Positions 14,442 to 22,537 of a stretch of DNA of 25,310 bases are shown in pieces. The DNA is from a virus (Duplodnaviria > Caudoviricetes). The notes beneath the pieces are model-generated. The model was not told where the DNA came from. It made no database searches and worked only from the letters and a program-made list of their open reading frames with translations. The position numbers and the translations under genes were made by a program. Location of the stretch: the IMG/VR virus record IMGVR_UViG_3300017911_000527, positions 1 through 25,310 of that record; one strand, given 5' to 3'. Positions within the stretch are counted from its first letter, which is position 1. Every line of letters begins with the position of its first letter.

Positions 14442-14802
14442 ATCGACCCTAGAAGAACGAGTTCAGCTCAACCTCAAAAGCCGTGGGGTAGCTTACGAGT
14501 ACGAACCTTGTAAGTTACCTTACACGGTAACAAGGCAGTACACTCCTGATCTAAAGATTGGTGATGTGTACGTAGAGGTTAAGGGATACTTTCGGCAGGA
14601 TGCCCAGCGCAAGATGCGTAACATGAAAGAGCAACACCCAGAGTTGGACATAAGGTTCTTATTCCAACGAGCAAACAGCCCAGTGCAAGGTGCAAAGAAA
14701 CGCAAGGATGGAACAAAGATGACTTGCGGAGAGTGGGCGGATAAACACGGATTCATATATGCGGAGGATGTAATACCAGATGAATGGGTCAACGGAGAGT
14801 GA
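14425..14802 (+). CDS. Endonuclease I / Holliday junction resolvase (T7 gp3-like)
   Basis: RS.LEE, YTPD, VEVKG.F, QHPELDIRFLFQ, W..KHGF motifs; start moved to ATG 14425 (SD GAGGT). Confidence 0.93.
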   Translation: MPVTSRSTLEERVQLNLKSRGVAYEYEPCKLPYTVTRQYTPDLKIGDVYVEVKGYFRQDAQRKMRNMKEQHPELDIRFLFQRANSPVQGAKKRKDGTKMTCGEWADKHGFIYAEDVIPDEWVNGE

Positions 14803-16351
14803 ATTTATTATGCACACTCCATGCAGTAAGTGTGGATCGTCAGATGCAAACAGCTTGTACTCTGATGGTCACACCTACTGTTTTAGCTGTAAGCATTATG
14901 GACAATCCCAAGAGGAGGCGAGGATAGTGGACAACGCTGTTAGTAGTAAAGAATTTAAGACAGGTAATTATCAACCACTAATCAAGAGAAACCTCACTGA
15001 AAGGACTACAAGGTTTTGGGATTATCAAGTTGGCGATGGTGTTCACATTGCTAACTACAAGGACGTTGACGGTAACACTGTAGCTCAGAAGTTAAGATAC
15101 CCTGACAAGACATTCTCAGTCGTGGGTGATTTAAAGAAGGCTACACTTTATGGTCAGAACTTATGGCGTGATGGAGGCAAGCATTTATGTGTAGTTGAAG
15201 GTGAGCTTGATGCTCTATCTATGTCTCAAGCTTTTGATAATAAGTGGGCAGTTGTGTCTGTAAAAACAGGTGCGGCTGGTGCGAAGAAGGACATAGCTAA
15301 ATCGCTAGAGTGGATAGAGAAGTTTGACTCAGTGGTCTTTATGTTTGACAACGACCCAGTAGGCAAAAGTGCTGCTCTTGAATGTGCGGCAATGCTCTCA
15401 CCACGTAAGGCAAAGATAGCCAGCCTTCCACTTAAAGATGCCAGTGATATGATTCAAGCTGGTAGGCAGTCAGAACTGATTGATGCTTTTTGGTCAGCAA
15501 GGGAGTTTGCTCCTGACGGCATTATCAACGGTGAAGACCTATGGGAAGAGGTAAGCACAGAGAAAGAAGTACACACTGTACCCTACCCTTACGAGGGACT
15601 AAACAACAAGATAGGCGGATGTCGTTTAGGTGAGATTGTCACGGTAACAGCAGGGTCAGGCTTGGGTAAGTCACAGCTAACAAGAGAGTTTGCTTACCAC
15701 CTACTCAACGAAGGAGCTACGATAGGTTACGTAGCACTCGAAGAGTCAAGCAAGAGAACTGCACAGGGGCTTATGTCTCTGTACCTAAACAAACTAGTAC
15801 ACCTACAAGACGTACCTACAGAAGAGCTGCGAGAAGCTTTTGACGCTACGCTCGGTACAGGTAGAGTGTTTATGTATGACCACTGGGGATCGACAGAAAG
15901 CGATAACCTATTGGGTAAGATCAGATACCTAGCAAGAGGATGTGGTTGTCAGTACATCATACTGGATCACATTAGTATTGTTGTATCAGGTATCGAAGGG
16001 GGTGACGAGAGACGTATCATTGACAACATGATGACACAGTTACGTTCACTCACAGAAGAGCTAGGCATAGGTTTGATTGTTGTATCGCACCTACGCAGAC
16101 CGAATGGTGACAAAGGTCACGAAGAGGGGATTATGACTTCCCTCTCTCAACTTAGAGGGTCAGCGGCTATCGCACAATTATCAGACATTGTAATAGGCTT
16201 GGAAAGAAATCAGCAGGACGCTGAGAACAGCAACACCACAACCGTTCGTATATTAAAGAACAGGTGGTCAGGTGAGACAGGTGTAGCAGGACAGCTTCAC
16301 TTCAACACTACAACTGGGCGTATGTCGGAAGAGTATGACATACCATTTTAA
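14780..16351 (+). CDS. Primase-helicase (T7 gp4-like)
   Basis: Zn finger C..CGSSD...C..C, TOPRIM EGELDA / FDND, Walker A AGSGLGKS, ILDHISIV, LRGS, KNRWSGETG. Confidence 0.97.
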   Translation: MNGSTESEFIMHTPCSKCGSSDANSLYSDGHTYCFSCKHYGQSQEEARIVDNAVSSKEFKTGNYQPLIKRNLTERTTRFWDYQVGDGVHIANYKDVDGNTVAQKLRYPDKTFSVVGDLKKATLYGQNLWRDGGKHLCVVEGELDALSMSQAFDNKWAVVSVKTGAAGAKKDIAKSLEWIEKFDSVVFMFDNDPVGKSAALECAAMLSPRKAKIASLPLKDASDMIQAGRQSELIDAFWSAREFAPDGIINGEDLWEEVSTEKEVHTVPYPYEGLNNKIGGCRLGEIVTVTAGSGLGKSQLTREFAYHLLNEGATIGYVALEESSKRTAQGLMSLYLNKLVHLQDVPTEELREAFDATLGTGRVFMYDHWGSTESDNLLGKIRYLARGCGCQYIILDHISIVVSGIEGGDERRIIDNMMTQLRSLTEELGIGLIVVSHLRRPNGDKGHEEGIMTSLSQLRGSAAIAQLSDIVIGLERNQQDAENSNTTTVRILKNRWSGETGVAGQLHFNTTTGRMSEEYDIPF

Positions 16352-16372
16352 TCACTCCAGCGAGAGGATTGT

Positions 16373-16612
16373 ATGAAAACAAAGATTCACGTTAATCAAC
16401 ACAATGTAAGATATAACAAGAAGAACCCTGATGGGGAACTTCGTCCACCACTAACTGTTAAAGACTACAAACGAAACAGAAAAGGTTTTGAAGCTGAGAT
16501 CAGAGGAGATGACGGAAAAGTTGTAGCCAGATTTGTCAGCCAACCAACCAACCCACTACCATGTGGAGCAACCGTTTGGGTCGAAACATTTTTGGAGGTG
16601 GAAGTTAAATGA
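16373..16612 (+). CDS. Conserved hypothetical phage protein
   Basis: 'IHVNQH.(I/V)..N.K...P.LTVK' and 'PL.CGA.VW.ET' pattern; ATGA overlap with the DNA polymerase. Confidence 0.8.
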   Translation: MKTKIHVNQHNVRYNKKNPDGELRPPLTVKDYKRNRKGFEAEIRGDDGKVVARFVSQPTNPLPCGATVWVETFLEVEVK

Positions 16613-18321
16613 TTATCTTTGATATAGAGACTGATGGTTTACTAGACGATGTAACTAAGGTTCATTGTATTGTAACCCAATGTACGAGAACTGGCGTTCA
16701 ATGGGAGTTCTTTGGTGATACACTAAAAGAAGGCATCCAGCTACTGAAAGAAAGTCCTGAGATTGGTGGACACAATGTGATCTGCTACGACATACCAGTG
16801 TTAGAAAAGTTGTATGGGCTTGACTACCAAGGCGAAGTGTTCGACACCTTAGTAGCTTCACGCTTAATCTATCCCAATATGAAAGAGAAAGACTTATTAA
16901 AGAGAACAGTCGATAACAGGCTGATTGGATCACACTCTCTAAAGGCTTGGGGTCAACGGCTGAATTACAACAAAGGTGAGTACGGTGAGCAGGAAGATGC
17001 TTGGACAGAGTTCAACCCTGAGATGTTAAAATACTGCGCTCAGGATGTAGCATTAAATGTTAAGTTATATGAACTAATACAACGCAAGTGTTATCCAGAA
17101 GAACCTATGCGACTTGAACACGATATGGCAAGGCTATTGTTCCAACAGGAGCGTGTAGGTTTCCCGTTTGATGTTGAAGCCGCACAGAAACTTTACACGC
17201 AGTTGTCTGCACGTAAACAGGAAATTGAAACCGAACTAGTCAATACACTAGAGCCGACAATAATTGAGCTAAAGACGAAAACAAAAACCATTCCATTCAA
17301 CCCTGCCTCACGACAGCAGATTGCTGACAGGCTAATGAAGAAGGGCTGGAAGCCAAAAGAGTTTACACCATCAGGTGAGCCAAAAGTTGACGAAAAAATT
17401 TTAGCGGGAATTGATATGCCCGAAGCTAGGCTTTTGACTGAGTTCTTAATGTTAAACAAAAGATTAGGACAATTAGGAAATGGTAAACAAGCATGGCTCA
17501 AGCTTGAAAAGGAAGGGCGAATACATGGGCGCGTTAATCACATGGGGGCTGTTACTTCTCGTTGCACACATAGTGATCCTAATGTCGCTCAAGTCCCAAG
17601 TGGAACAGCCGCCTTTGGGAAGGAATGCCGCCAGTTATTTCGTGCGCCACAGGGTTACTCCTTGCTGGGGGCTGACGCAAGTGGTTTAGAACTGCGATGC
17701 TTAAGTCATTATATGTACAGATATGATGGCGGTAAGTACGCTAAGGAAATATTAGAAGGTGATATACACACAGCAAACCAAGAAGCTGCGGGGTTACAAA
17801 CGCGACCCCAAGCTAAGACGTTTATATATGGATTCCTCTACGGAGCGGGCAACGAAAAAATCGGAGAGATCATTGGCAAGGGCGCGAAAGAAGGCGGACA
17901 AATTAAAAAACGATTCCTTGCTAGAACACCAGCATTAAAGAAACTCACCGATGCCATAAAGTTACGTCTTGAACAACAGCATGGAGAGAAGTTTATCAAA
18001 GGATTAGACGGAAGGCTTATACCTATACGCCACCCCCATGCCGCTCTAAATACATTACTTCAATCAGCAGGAGCTATTGTCTGTAAACATTGGTACAGAA
18101 CTATTGAGCGAATGATAAGAGATAAAGGCTACACTACAGAAGAAGTTGCGATAGTGGCGTTTGTCCATGATGAAGTGCAAATCATAGTGAAGGAAGGCTT
18201 GGAGGATACCATTGGTGAAATCACTAAAGAAGCAATTAAAGAGACAGAACAACACTACAATTTCAAATGTCCTCTCGACTCAGAGTTCGATGTCGGCAGA
18301 AGTTGGGCGGAAACTCACTAA
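16609..18321 (+). CDS. DNA polymerase, family A (T7 gp5-like)
   Basis: Exo DIETDG, GHN...YD, YC.QDV; pol DASGLELR, KTFIYGFLYGAG, VHDEVQ. Confidence 0.97.
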   Translation: MIIFDIETDGLLDDVTKVHCIVTQCTRTGVQWEFFGDTLKEGIQLLKESPEIGGHNVICYDIPVLEKLYGLDYQGEVFDTLVASRLIYPNMKEKDLLKRTVDNRLIGSHSLKAWGQRLNYNKGEYGEQEDAWTEFNPEMLKYCAQDVALNVKLYELIQRKCYPEEPMRLEHDMARLLFQQERVGFPFDVEAAQKLYTQLSARKQEIETELVNTLEPTIIELKTKTKTIPFNPASRQQIADRLMKKGWKPKEFTPSGEPKVDEKILAGIDMPEARLLTEFLMLNKRLGQLGNGKQAWLKLEKEGRIHGRVNHMGAVTSRCTHSDPNVAQVPSGTAAFGKECRQLFRAPQGYSLLGADASGLELRCLSHYMYRYDGGKYAKEILEGDIHTANQEAAGLQTRPQAKTFIYGFLYGAGNEKIGEIIGKGAKEGGQIKKRFLARTPALKKLTDAIKLRLEQQHGEKFIKGLDGRLIPIRHPHAALNTLLQSAGAIVCKHWYRTIERMIRDKGYTTEEVAIVAFVHDEVQIIVKEGLEDTIGEITKEAIKETEQHYNFKCPLDSEFDVGRSWAETH

Positions 18322-18592
18322 CCCAAACAGGCTAGGAGATGTTGCTGAGTATTATGCGATTACGTGGTTATGGGATGAGGGCTTCGAGGTGTTTTACAAT
18401 GCTGGTTCAACAGGAGCTATTGATCTTATTGGAGTCAAAGAAGGTGAGGTCTACTTGTTTGATGTAAAGATGAACAAAGGTACAGGAAGCTACGCAAGCT
18501 CCCGCACCCCGCTTCAAAAGAAGTTAGGAGTACAGTTCCTGCTGTTTGATCCAATCACACGTAAACTTAGATTACAGAAACATAGGACGTAA
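18290..18592 (+). CDS. PD-(D/E)XK nuclease-like protein
   Basis: 'GDVAEYYA..WL...G.EVF', 'IDLI', 'DVK' motifs; start moved to ATG 18290. Confidence 0.7.
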   Translation: MSAEVGRKLTNPNRLGDVAEYYAITWLWDEGFEVFYNAGSTGAIDLIGVKEGEVYLFDVKMNKGTGSYASSRTPLQKKLGVQFLLFDPITRKLRLQKHRT

Positions 18593-18594
18593 TA

Positions 18595-18759
18595 ATGGAA
18601 ATGACATTACTTAACATGATCTTCGTATTTAGCTTCGCATTCGTAAGCATTGCGCTGGGGATAAAGTGGATCGGTGAGATAATTCTTCAAGTAGTTTTAG
18701 CTAGACAAGGCTTGATGATTTCTCGTGACATATTGGAGAAAGAAGATGAAGAAGACTAG
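18595..18759 (+). CDS. Small membrane protein (54 aa; not in ORF track)
   Basis: MEMTLLNMIFVFSFAFVSIALGIKWIGEIILQVVLARQGLMISRDILEKEDEED*; fills the gap between flanking genes. Confidence 0.65.
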   Translation: MEMTLLNMIFVFSFAFVSIALGIKWIGEIILQVVLARQGLMISRDILEKEDEED

Positions 18760-19471
18760 AACCTTATTGGTAGATGGTGATATAGTTGCATACAAAGCAG
18801 CTACCATTGCTGAGACACCCATTGATTGGGGTGGAGGTGTGTGGACATTACACGCCCATGAGAAAGATGTCATAGGCTCTATGGAAGAGTTTATGGTAAA
18901 GATAATTGAAGAGTCAGGATGTAACAAAGTCGTTACTTGTCTCTCAGGTGACAACCTGTATCGTAAAGATGTAGCTCCTTATTACAAAGCTAATCGTAAA
19001 GGTACACGCAAGCCTATGCTTCTAAATTTTGCCAAAAAATATTTAGCGGATAATTACAATGGCAAAGTTGAAGATAGGCTGGAAGCTGATGACCTGTTAG
19101 GAATCATGGGCAGTGCTGATAAGAACACGGTGATATGGTCTTCTGATAAAGACTTACTTACCATACCAGCCTACCACCTAATCGAAGGTAAGGTTGTTGA
19201 GGTAGACAAGGAAGAAGCTGACTTTAATTTCCTATATCAAACTTTAGTTGGTGACTCGACAGATAACTACAAAGGTTGTCCGACAGTTGGAGCTAAGAAG
19301 GCAGAGAAGCTTCTGCTAGATAAAGGTGCTACGTGGAACACTGTAGTTGATGCTTATGCGTCTCAAGGTTTAGGTGAAGAAGTAGCAATAGAAAATGCAA
19401 GACTAGCACGTATCTTACGTGACGGGGAATATAACTTTAAAACTAAGGAGGTAACATTATGGGAAGCATAA
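18746..19471 (+). CDS. 5'-3' exonuclease (T7 gp6-like)
   Basis: LLVDGD, YKANR, LEADD, SDKD, GDSTDNYKGCP motifs; start ATG 18746 (SD GGAG). Confidence 0.95.
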   Translation: MKKTRTLLVDGDIVAYKAATIAETPIDWGGGVWTLHAHEKDVIGSMEEFMVKIIEESGCNKVVTCLSGDNLYRKDVAPYYKANRKGTRKPMLLNFAKKYLADNYNGKVEDRLEADDLLGIMGSADKNTVIWSSDKDLLTIPAYHLIEGKVVEVDKEEADFNFLYQTLVGDSTDNYKGCPTVGAKKAEKLLLDKGATWNTVVDAYASQGLGEEVAIENARLARILRDGEYNFKTKEVTLWEA

Positions 19472-19767
19472 ACGATGCGACACCAGAAGAGTGGGACAAG
19501 GCTTGTCACAAAGCGTTGGAAAAAGAAACTGATCCTATCAATAGTCCCGAACATTACAACGCTGGTAAGATAGAAACAATCGACTACATCGTGGACGTTC
19601 TCGGTGAGTTTGATGCTATATCCTACTGCCACGGTAACGTGATTAAGTACACCAGCACCAGATTATGGAACAAGGGTAAACCGATACAGGATGCAAAGAA
19701 GGCAGTCTGGTATCTAAACAAAATGATTGAACTAATGGAACAAACAGAAGGAGAGAACTGGGGATGA
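19459..19767 (+). CDS. DUF3310 (SaV-like) domain protein
   Basis: 'DPINSPEHY..G.IETIDYI', 'GNVIKY..R...KG...D.KKA.WYL'. Confidence 0.85.
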   Translation: MGSINDATPEEWDKACHKALEKETDPINSPEHYNAGKIETIDYIVDVLGEFDAISYCHGNVIKYTSTRLWNKGKPIQDAKKAVWYLNKMIELMEQTEGENWG

Positions 19768-20132
19768 AACACGTATTAGGTGGTGCTTCTTACGAGCAAA
19801 TTACAGGAATGTTTGAGGGCTTTGATTGGTATCAGAGTAAATGTTCAGAGACTGTTGTCTTTGATGAAGATGTAGCAGTAGAGTATTTAACACTTGGACT
19901 AGCGTCAGAGGCAGGAGAGGTCGCTGGTAAGCTGAAAAAGAAAATGAGAGATGGTGAACCGTATGACTTCAAAGATCAAATGGCTTCTGAGTTGGGAGAT
20001 GTATTCTGGTATCTTGCTGTTCTTACTGATAGAATGGGACTTAACCTTAGCGATATTGCATTCAATAACTTAAACAAACTATACAAGCGTAAGATAAACG
20101 ATACGCTCAAAGGTTCAGGAGATGACCGCTAA
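19764..20132 (+). CDS. mazG: MazG-like nucleoside triphosphate pyrophosphohydrolase
   Basis: 'LGLASEAGEVAGK.KK..RD', 'ELGDVFWYLA', 'N..KL..R....GSGD.R'. Confidence 0.88.
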   Translation: MKHVLGGASYEQITGMFEGFDWYQSKCSETVVFDEDVAVEYLTLGLASEAGEVAGKLKKKMRDGEPYDFKDQMASELGDVFWYLAVLTDRMGLNLSDIAFNNLNKLYKRKINDTLKGSGDDR

Positions 20133-22012
20133 TGGACTCATATCAACAATACATACATAAATCCCGTTACGCTAGGTGGCGTGAAGAAGATGGGCGTAGA
20201 GAGACTTGGAAAGAAACAGTAAAGCGTTATGTAAACTTTTGGGTAGAGCGTGGACAGTTAGAACCTAGCATGGCTAACGAACTATACCATGCCATCTACA
20301 ACCAAGAAGTAATGCCTTCCATGCGTTGTCTAATGACAGCGGGTGAAGCATTAAAGAGAGATAACATGGCTGGGTTTAACTGTAGTTATATAGCAGTGGA
20401 CAACCCTAGAGTATTCGATGAAATACTTTACGTACTAATGTGTGGTACAGGCGTAGGGTTCTCTGTAGAGAGACAGTCAGTGGCTAAACTACCAACGATA
20501 AGCGAGGACTTTTATGAAACAGAAACTACAATCCATGTACAAGATAGTAAAATTGGCTGGGCTAAAGCTTTCCGTGAGCTGGTCTCTCTTTTGTATTCGG
20601 GTCAAATTCCTTCTTGGGATGTATCGAAACTCCGACCAAAAGGGGCAAGACTTAAAACCTTTGGAGGGCGTAGTAGCGGTGCTGATCCCTTGGTTGCCCT
20701 TTTTAATTTTACTGTGGCTACTTTCAAGAATGCAGCTGGACGCAAGTTAACGAGTATTGAATGCCATGACATCGTTTGTAAAATTGCTGAGATTGTCGTT
20801 GTGGGTGGCGTTCGTAGGTCTGCCCTTATTAGTCTTTCTAATTTATCTGATGACCGTATGCGTCACGCTAAGTCTGGTAACTGGTGGGACACTCAAGGTC
20901 AAAGAGCGTTGGCTAACAACTCTGCTGTCTACGCAGAGAAGCCAGACTACGAAACCTTCCTCGAAGAGTGGGTAGCCTTATATAAATCTAAAGCTGGTGA
21001 GCGTGGTATCTTCTCACGCACCGCATCAAAGAAACAGGCAGAAGCTAACGGAAGGCGTGATAGTAGTTACGACTTTGGAACTAATCCATGTAGTGAGATC
21101 ATTCTACGATCTGCACAAGTTTGTAACCTATCTGAAATAGTGGTTAGGTCTGATGACACAGTAGAGACACTAGAGCGTAAGACAAGACTAGCTACAATAC
21201 TGGGTACACTACAGTCATCACTTACTGACTTTAGATATGTCCGTTCAGTATGGAAGAACAACACAGAAGAAGAGTGTCTACTTGGTGTAAGCATGACGGG
21301 CATCATGGATCACAAACTGCTTTCGGGTAAAGGTAACTTAACAACACTAAAAGAAACCTTAGAGAAGCTTAAGAAGGTTGCGGTACAAACTAATAAACAA
21401 TGGGCGGCTGAGTTAGGTATCAATCAATCGACAGCCATCACTTGTGTTAAACCTTCAGGTACAGTGTCTCAGTTAGTAGACAGTGCCAGCGGCATCCATG
21501 CTAGGTTCTCACCTTACTATATAAGACGAGTGCGTAGCGATGGTAAAGACCCTATCTCTGCATTCCTAAAGAGTGAAGGCGTGTCTTGGGAGAAGGATGT
21601 AATGAACGGAGAGAACTATGTCTTTGAGTTCCCTGTTAAAGCTCCTAAAGGTGCTACTTGTGTAGAAGAGCTGGACGTACAACAACAGCTAGACTTGTGG
21701 GAGATTTACCAAGACCACTGGTGTGAGCATAAACCAAGCGTTACCATCTACTACTCTGACGATGAGTTCTTAGCCGCAGGGCAGTGGCTATGGGATAGGT
21801 TAGACAAATGCTCAGGCATTAGCTTCCTACCTCGTACTGACCATGTATATGCTCAAGCACCATACGAAGCAGTTGACAAAGAAACTTACGAGAAACTAAA
21901 ACGAGAAACCCCAACTGATATAGATTGGGATAGGCTGGGAGAATATGAAAAAGAGGACACCACTACTGGAACTCAGGAGTTGGCTTGCTCGTCAGGTTCA
22001 TGCGAAATATAG
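20132..22012 (+). CDS. nrdJ: Class II (adenosylcobalamin-dependent) ribonucleotide reductase
   Basis: PSMR, FNCSY, GTGVGFS, VVGGVRRSALI, GTNPCSEI, TCVKPSGT, C-terminal C...CEI redox pair; no nrdB adjacent. Confidence 0.92.
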   Translation: MDSYQQYIHKSRYARWREEDGRRETWKETVKRYVNFWVERGQLEPSMANELYHAIYNQEVMPSMRCLMTAGEALKRDNMAGFNCSYIAVDNPRVFDEILYVLMCGTGVGFSVERQSVAKLPTISEDFYETETTIHVQDSKIGWAKAFRELVSLLYSGQIPSWDVSKLRPKGARLKTFGGRSSGADPLVALFNFTVATFKNAAGRKLTSIECHDIVCKIAEIVVVGGVRRSALISLSNLSDDRMRHAKSGNWWDTQGQRALANNSAVYAEKPDYETFLEEWVALYKSKAGERGIFSRTASKKQAEANGRRDSSYDFGTNPCSEIILRSAQVCNLSEIVVRSDDTVETLERKTRLATILGTLQSSLTDFRYVRSVWKNNTEEECLLGVSMTGIMDHKLLSGKGNLTTLKETLEKLKKVAVQTNKQWAAELGINQSTAITCVKPSGTVSQLVDSASGIHARFSPYYIRRVRSDGKDPISAFLKSEGVSWEKDVMNGENYVFEFPVKAPKGATCVEELDVQQQLDLWEIYQDHWCEHKPSVTIYYSDDEFLAAGQWLWDRLDKCSGISFLPRTDHVYAQAPYEAVDKETYEKLKRETPTDIDWDRLGEYEKEDTTTGTQELACSSGSCEI

Positions 22013-22085
22013 AACTTGGATAACGGTGTTGGAGGTAGTAACGTGCCTCCACATCATCGCCAACGTCTGGCTACACCTCCCGTAA
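21945..22085 (+). CDS. Small hydrophobic protein overlapping the nrdJ 3' end (46 aa; not in ORF track)
   Basis: MKKRTPLLELRSWLARQVHAKYRTWITVLEVVTCLHIIANVWLHLP*; stops just before the late promoter; SD spacing is short. Confidence 0.45.
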   Translation: MKKRTPLLELRSWLARQVHAKYRTWITVLEVVTCLHIIANVWLHLP

Positions 22086-22097
22086 ATACTGGGCTGG

Positions 22098-22116
22098 CTC
22101 TAACCACCCCCTATAG
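22098..22116 (+). promoter_or_regulatory. Phage RNAP promoter (late/structural genes)
   Basis: CTCTAACCACCCCCTATAG(AGAG) at the start of the structural module. Confidence 0.85.
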
Positions 22117-22126
22117 AGAGTAACAA

Positions 22127-22306
22127 ATGAAAAATAAAGTATTCATTAGTAAAGAATTAATAGAACATTTGAAGAAATTGTTTCCAAATAAGTTGCCCAT
22201 GAAAAGGGGGATGTCGGAAACGGACATAGCTTTTCTTCAAGGACAACAATCTGTCATCCAACGTATGGAAATTATATTAGAGGATGACCAACCAGAAGAG
22301 ATTTAA
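22127..22306 (+). CDS. Small conserved protein preceding the head module (59 aa; not in ORF track)
   Basis: MKNKVFISKELIEHLKKLFPNKLP...FLQGQQSVIQRM...; 'L...FP..LP...GQ.SV' pattern at this position in T7-like phages. Confidence 0.75.
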   Translation: MKNKVFISKELIEHLKKLFPNKLPMKRGMSETDIAFLQGQQSVIQRMEIILEDDQPEEI

Positions 22307-22308
22307 TT

Positions 22309-22527
22309 ATGTGTATGTTTAAAACACCAAAGGTGACACAAAAACCAACAGTAGCACCACCCCCACCACCAGAGAAAGCACCAGCAGAACTAGAGAACGC
22401 TGTTGACAGCAATGCTACAGGTCTCCAGAAGAAGAAAAGAGGTGCTAAATCTGTACTTGGTCGTGGCAGCTCAGGAGCGCAATACAAAGGTGCTGCTAGT
22501 GGCTCTGGTCTAACAATCAAAAAATAG
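22309..22527 (+). CDS. Virion/tail assembly protein (T7 gp6.7/gp7.3-like)
   Basis: MC.. start, poly-Pro, KKKRG.K and SG..I C-terminus; directly before the portal. Confidence 0.65.
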   Translation: MCMFKTPKVTQKPTVAPPPPPEKAPAELENAVDSNATGLQKKKRGAKSVLGRGSSGAQYKGAASGSGLTIKK

Positions 22528-22537
22528 GACTTAAAGT

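Noticed and set aside
22031-22050. GGAGGT..GCCTCC hairpin as a terminator after nrdJ
   Set aside because: No U-tract follows, and it lies within the putative 21945-22085 ORF.
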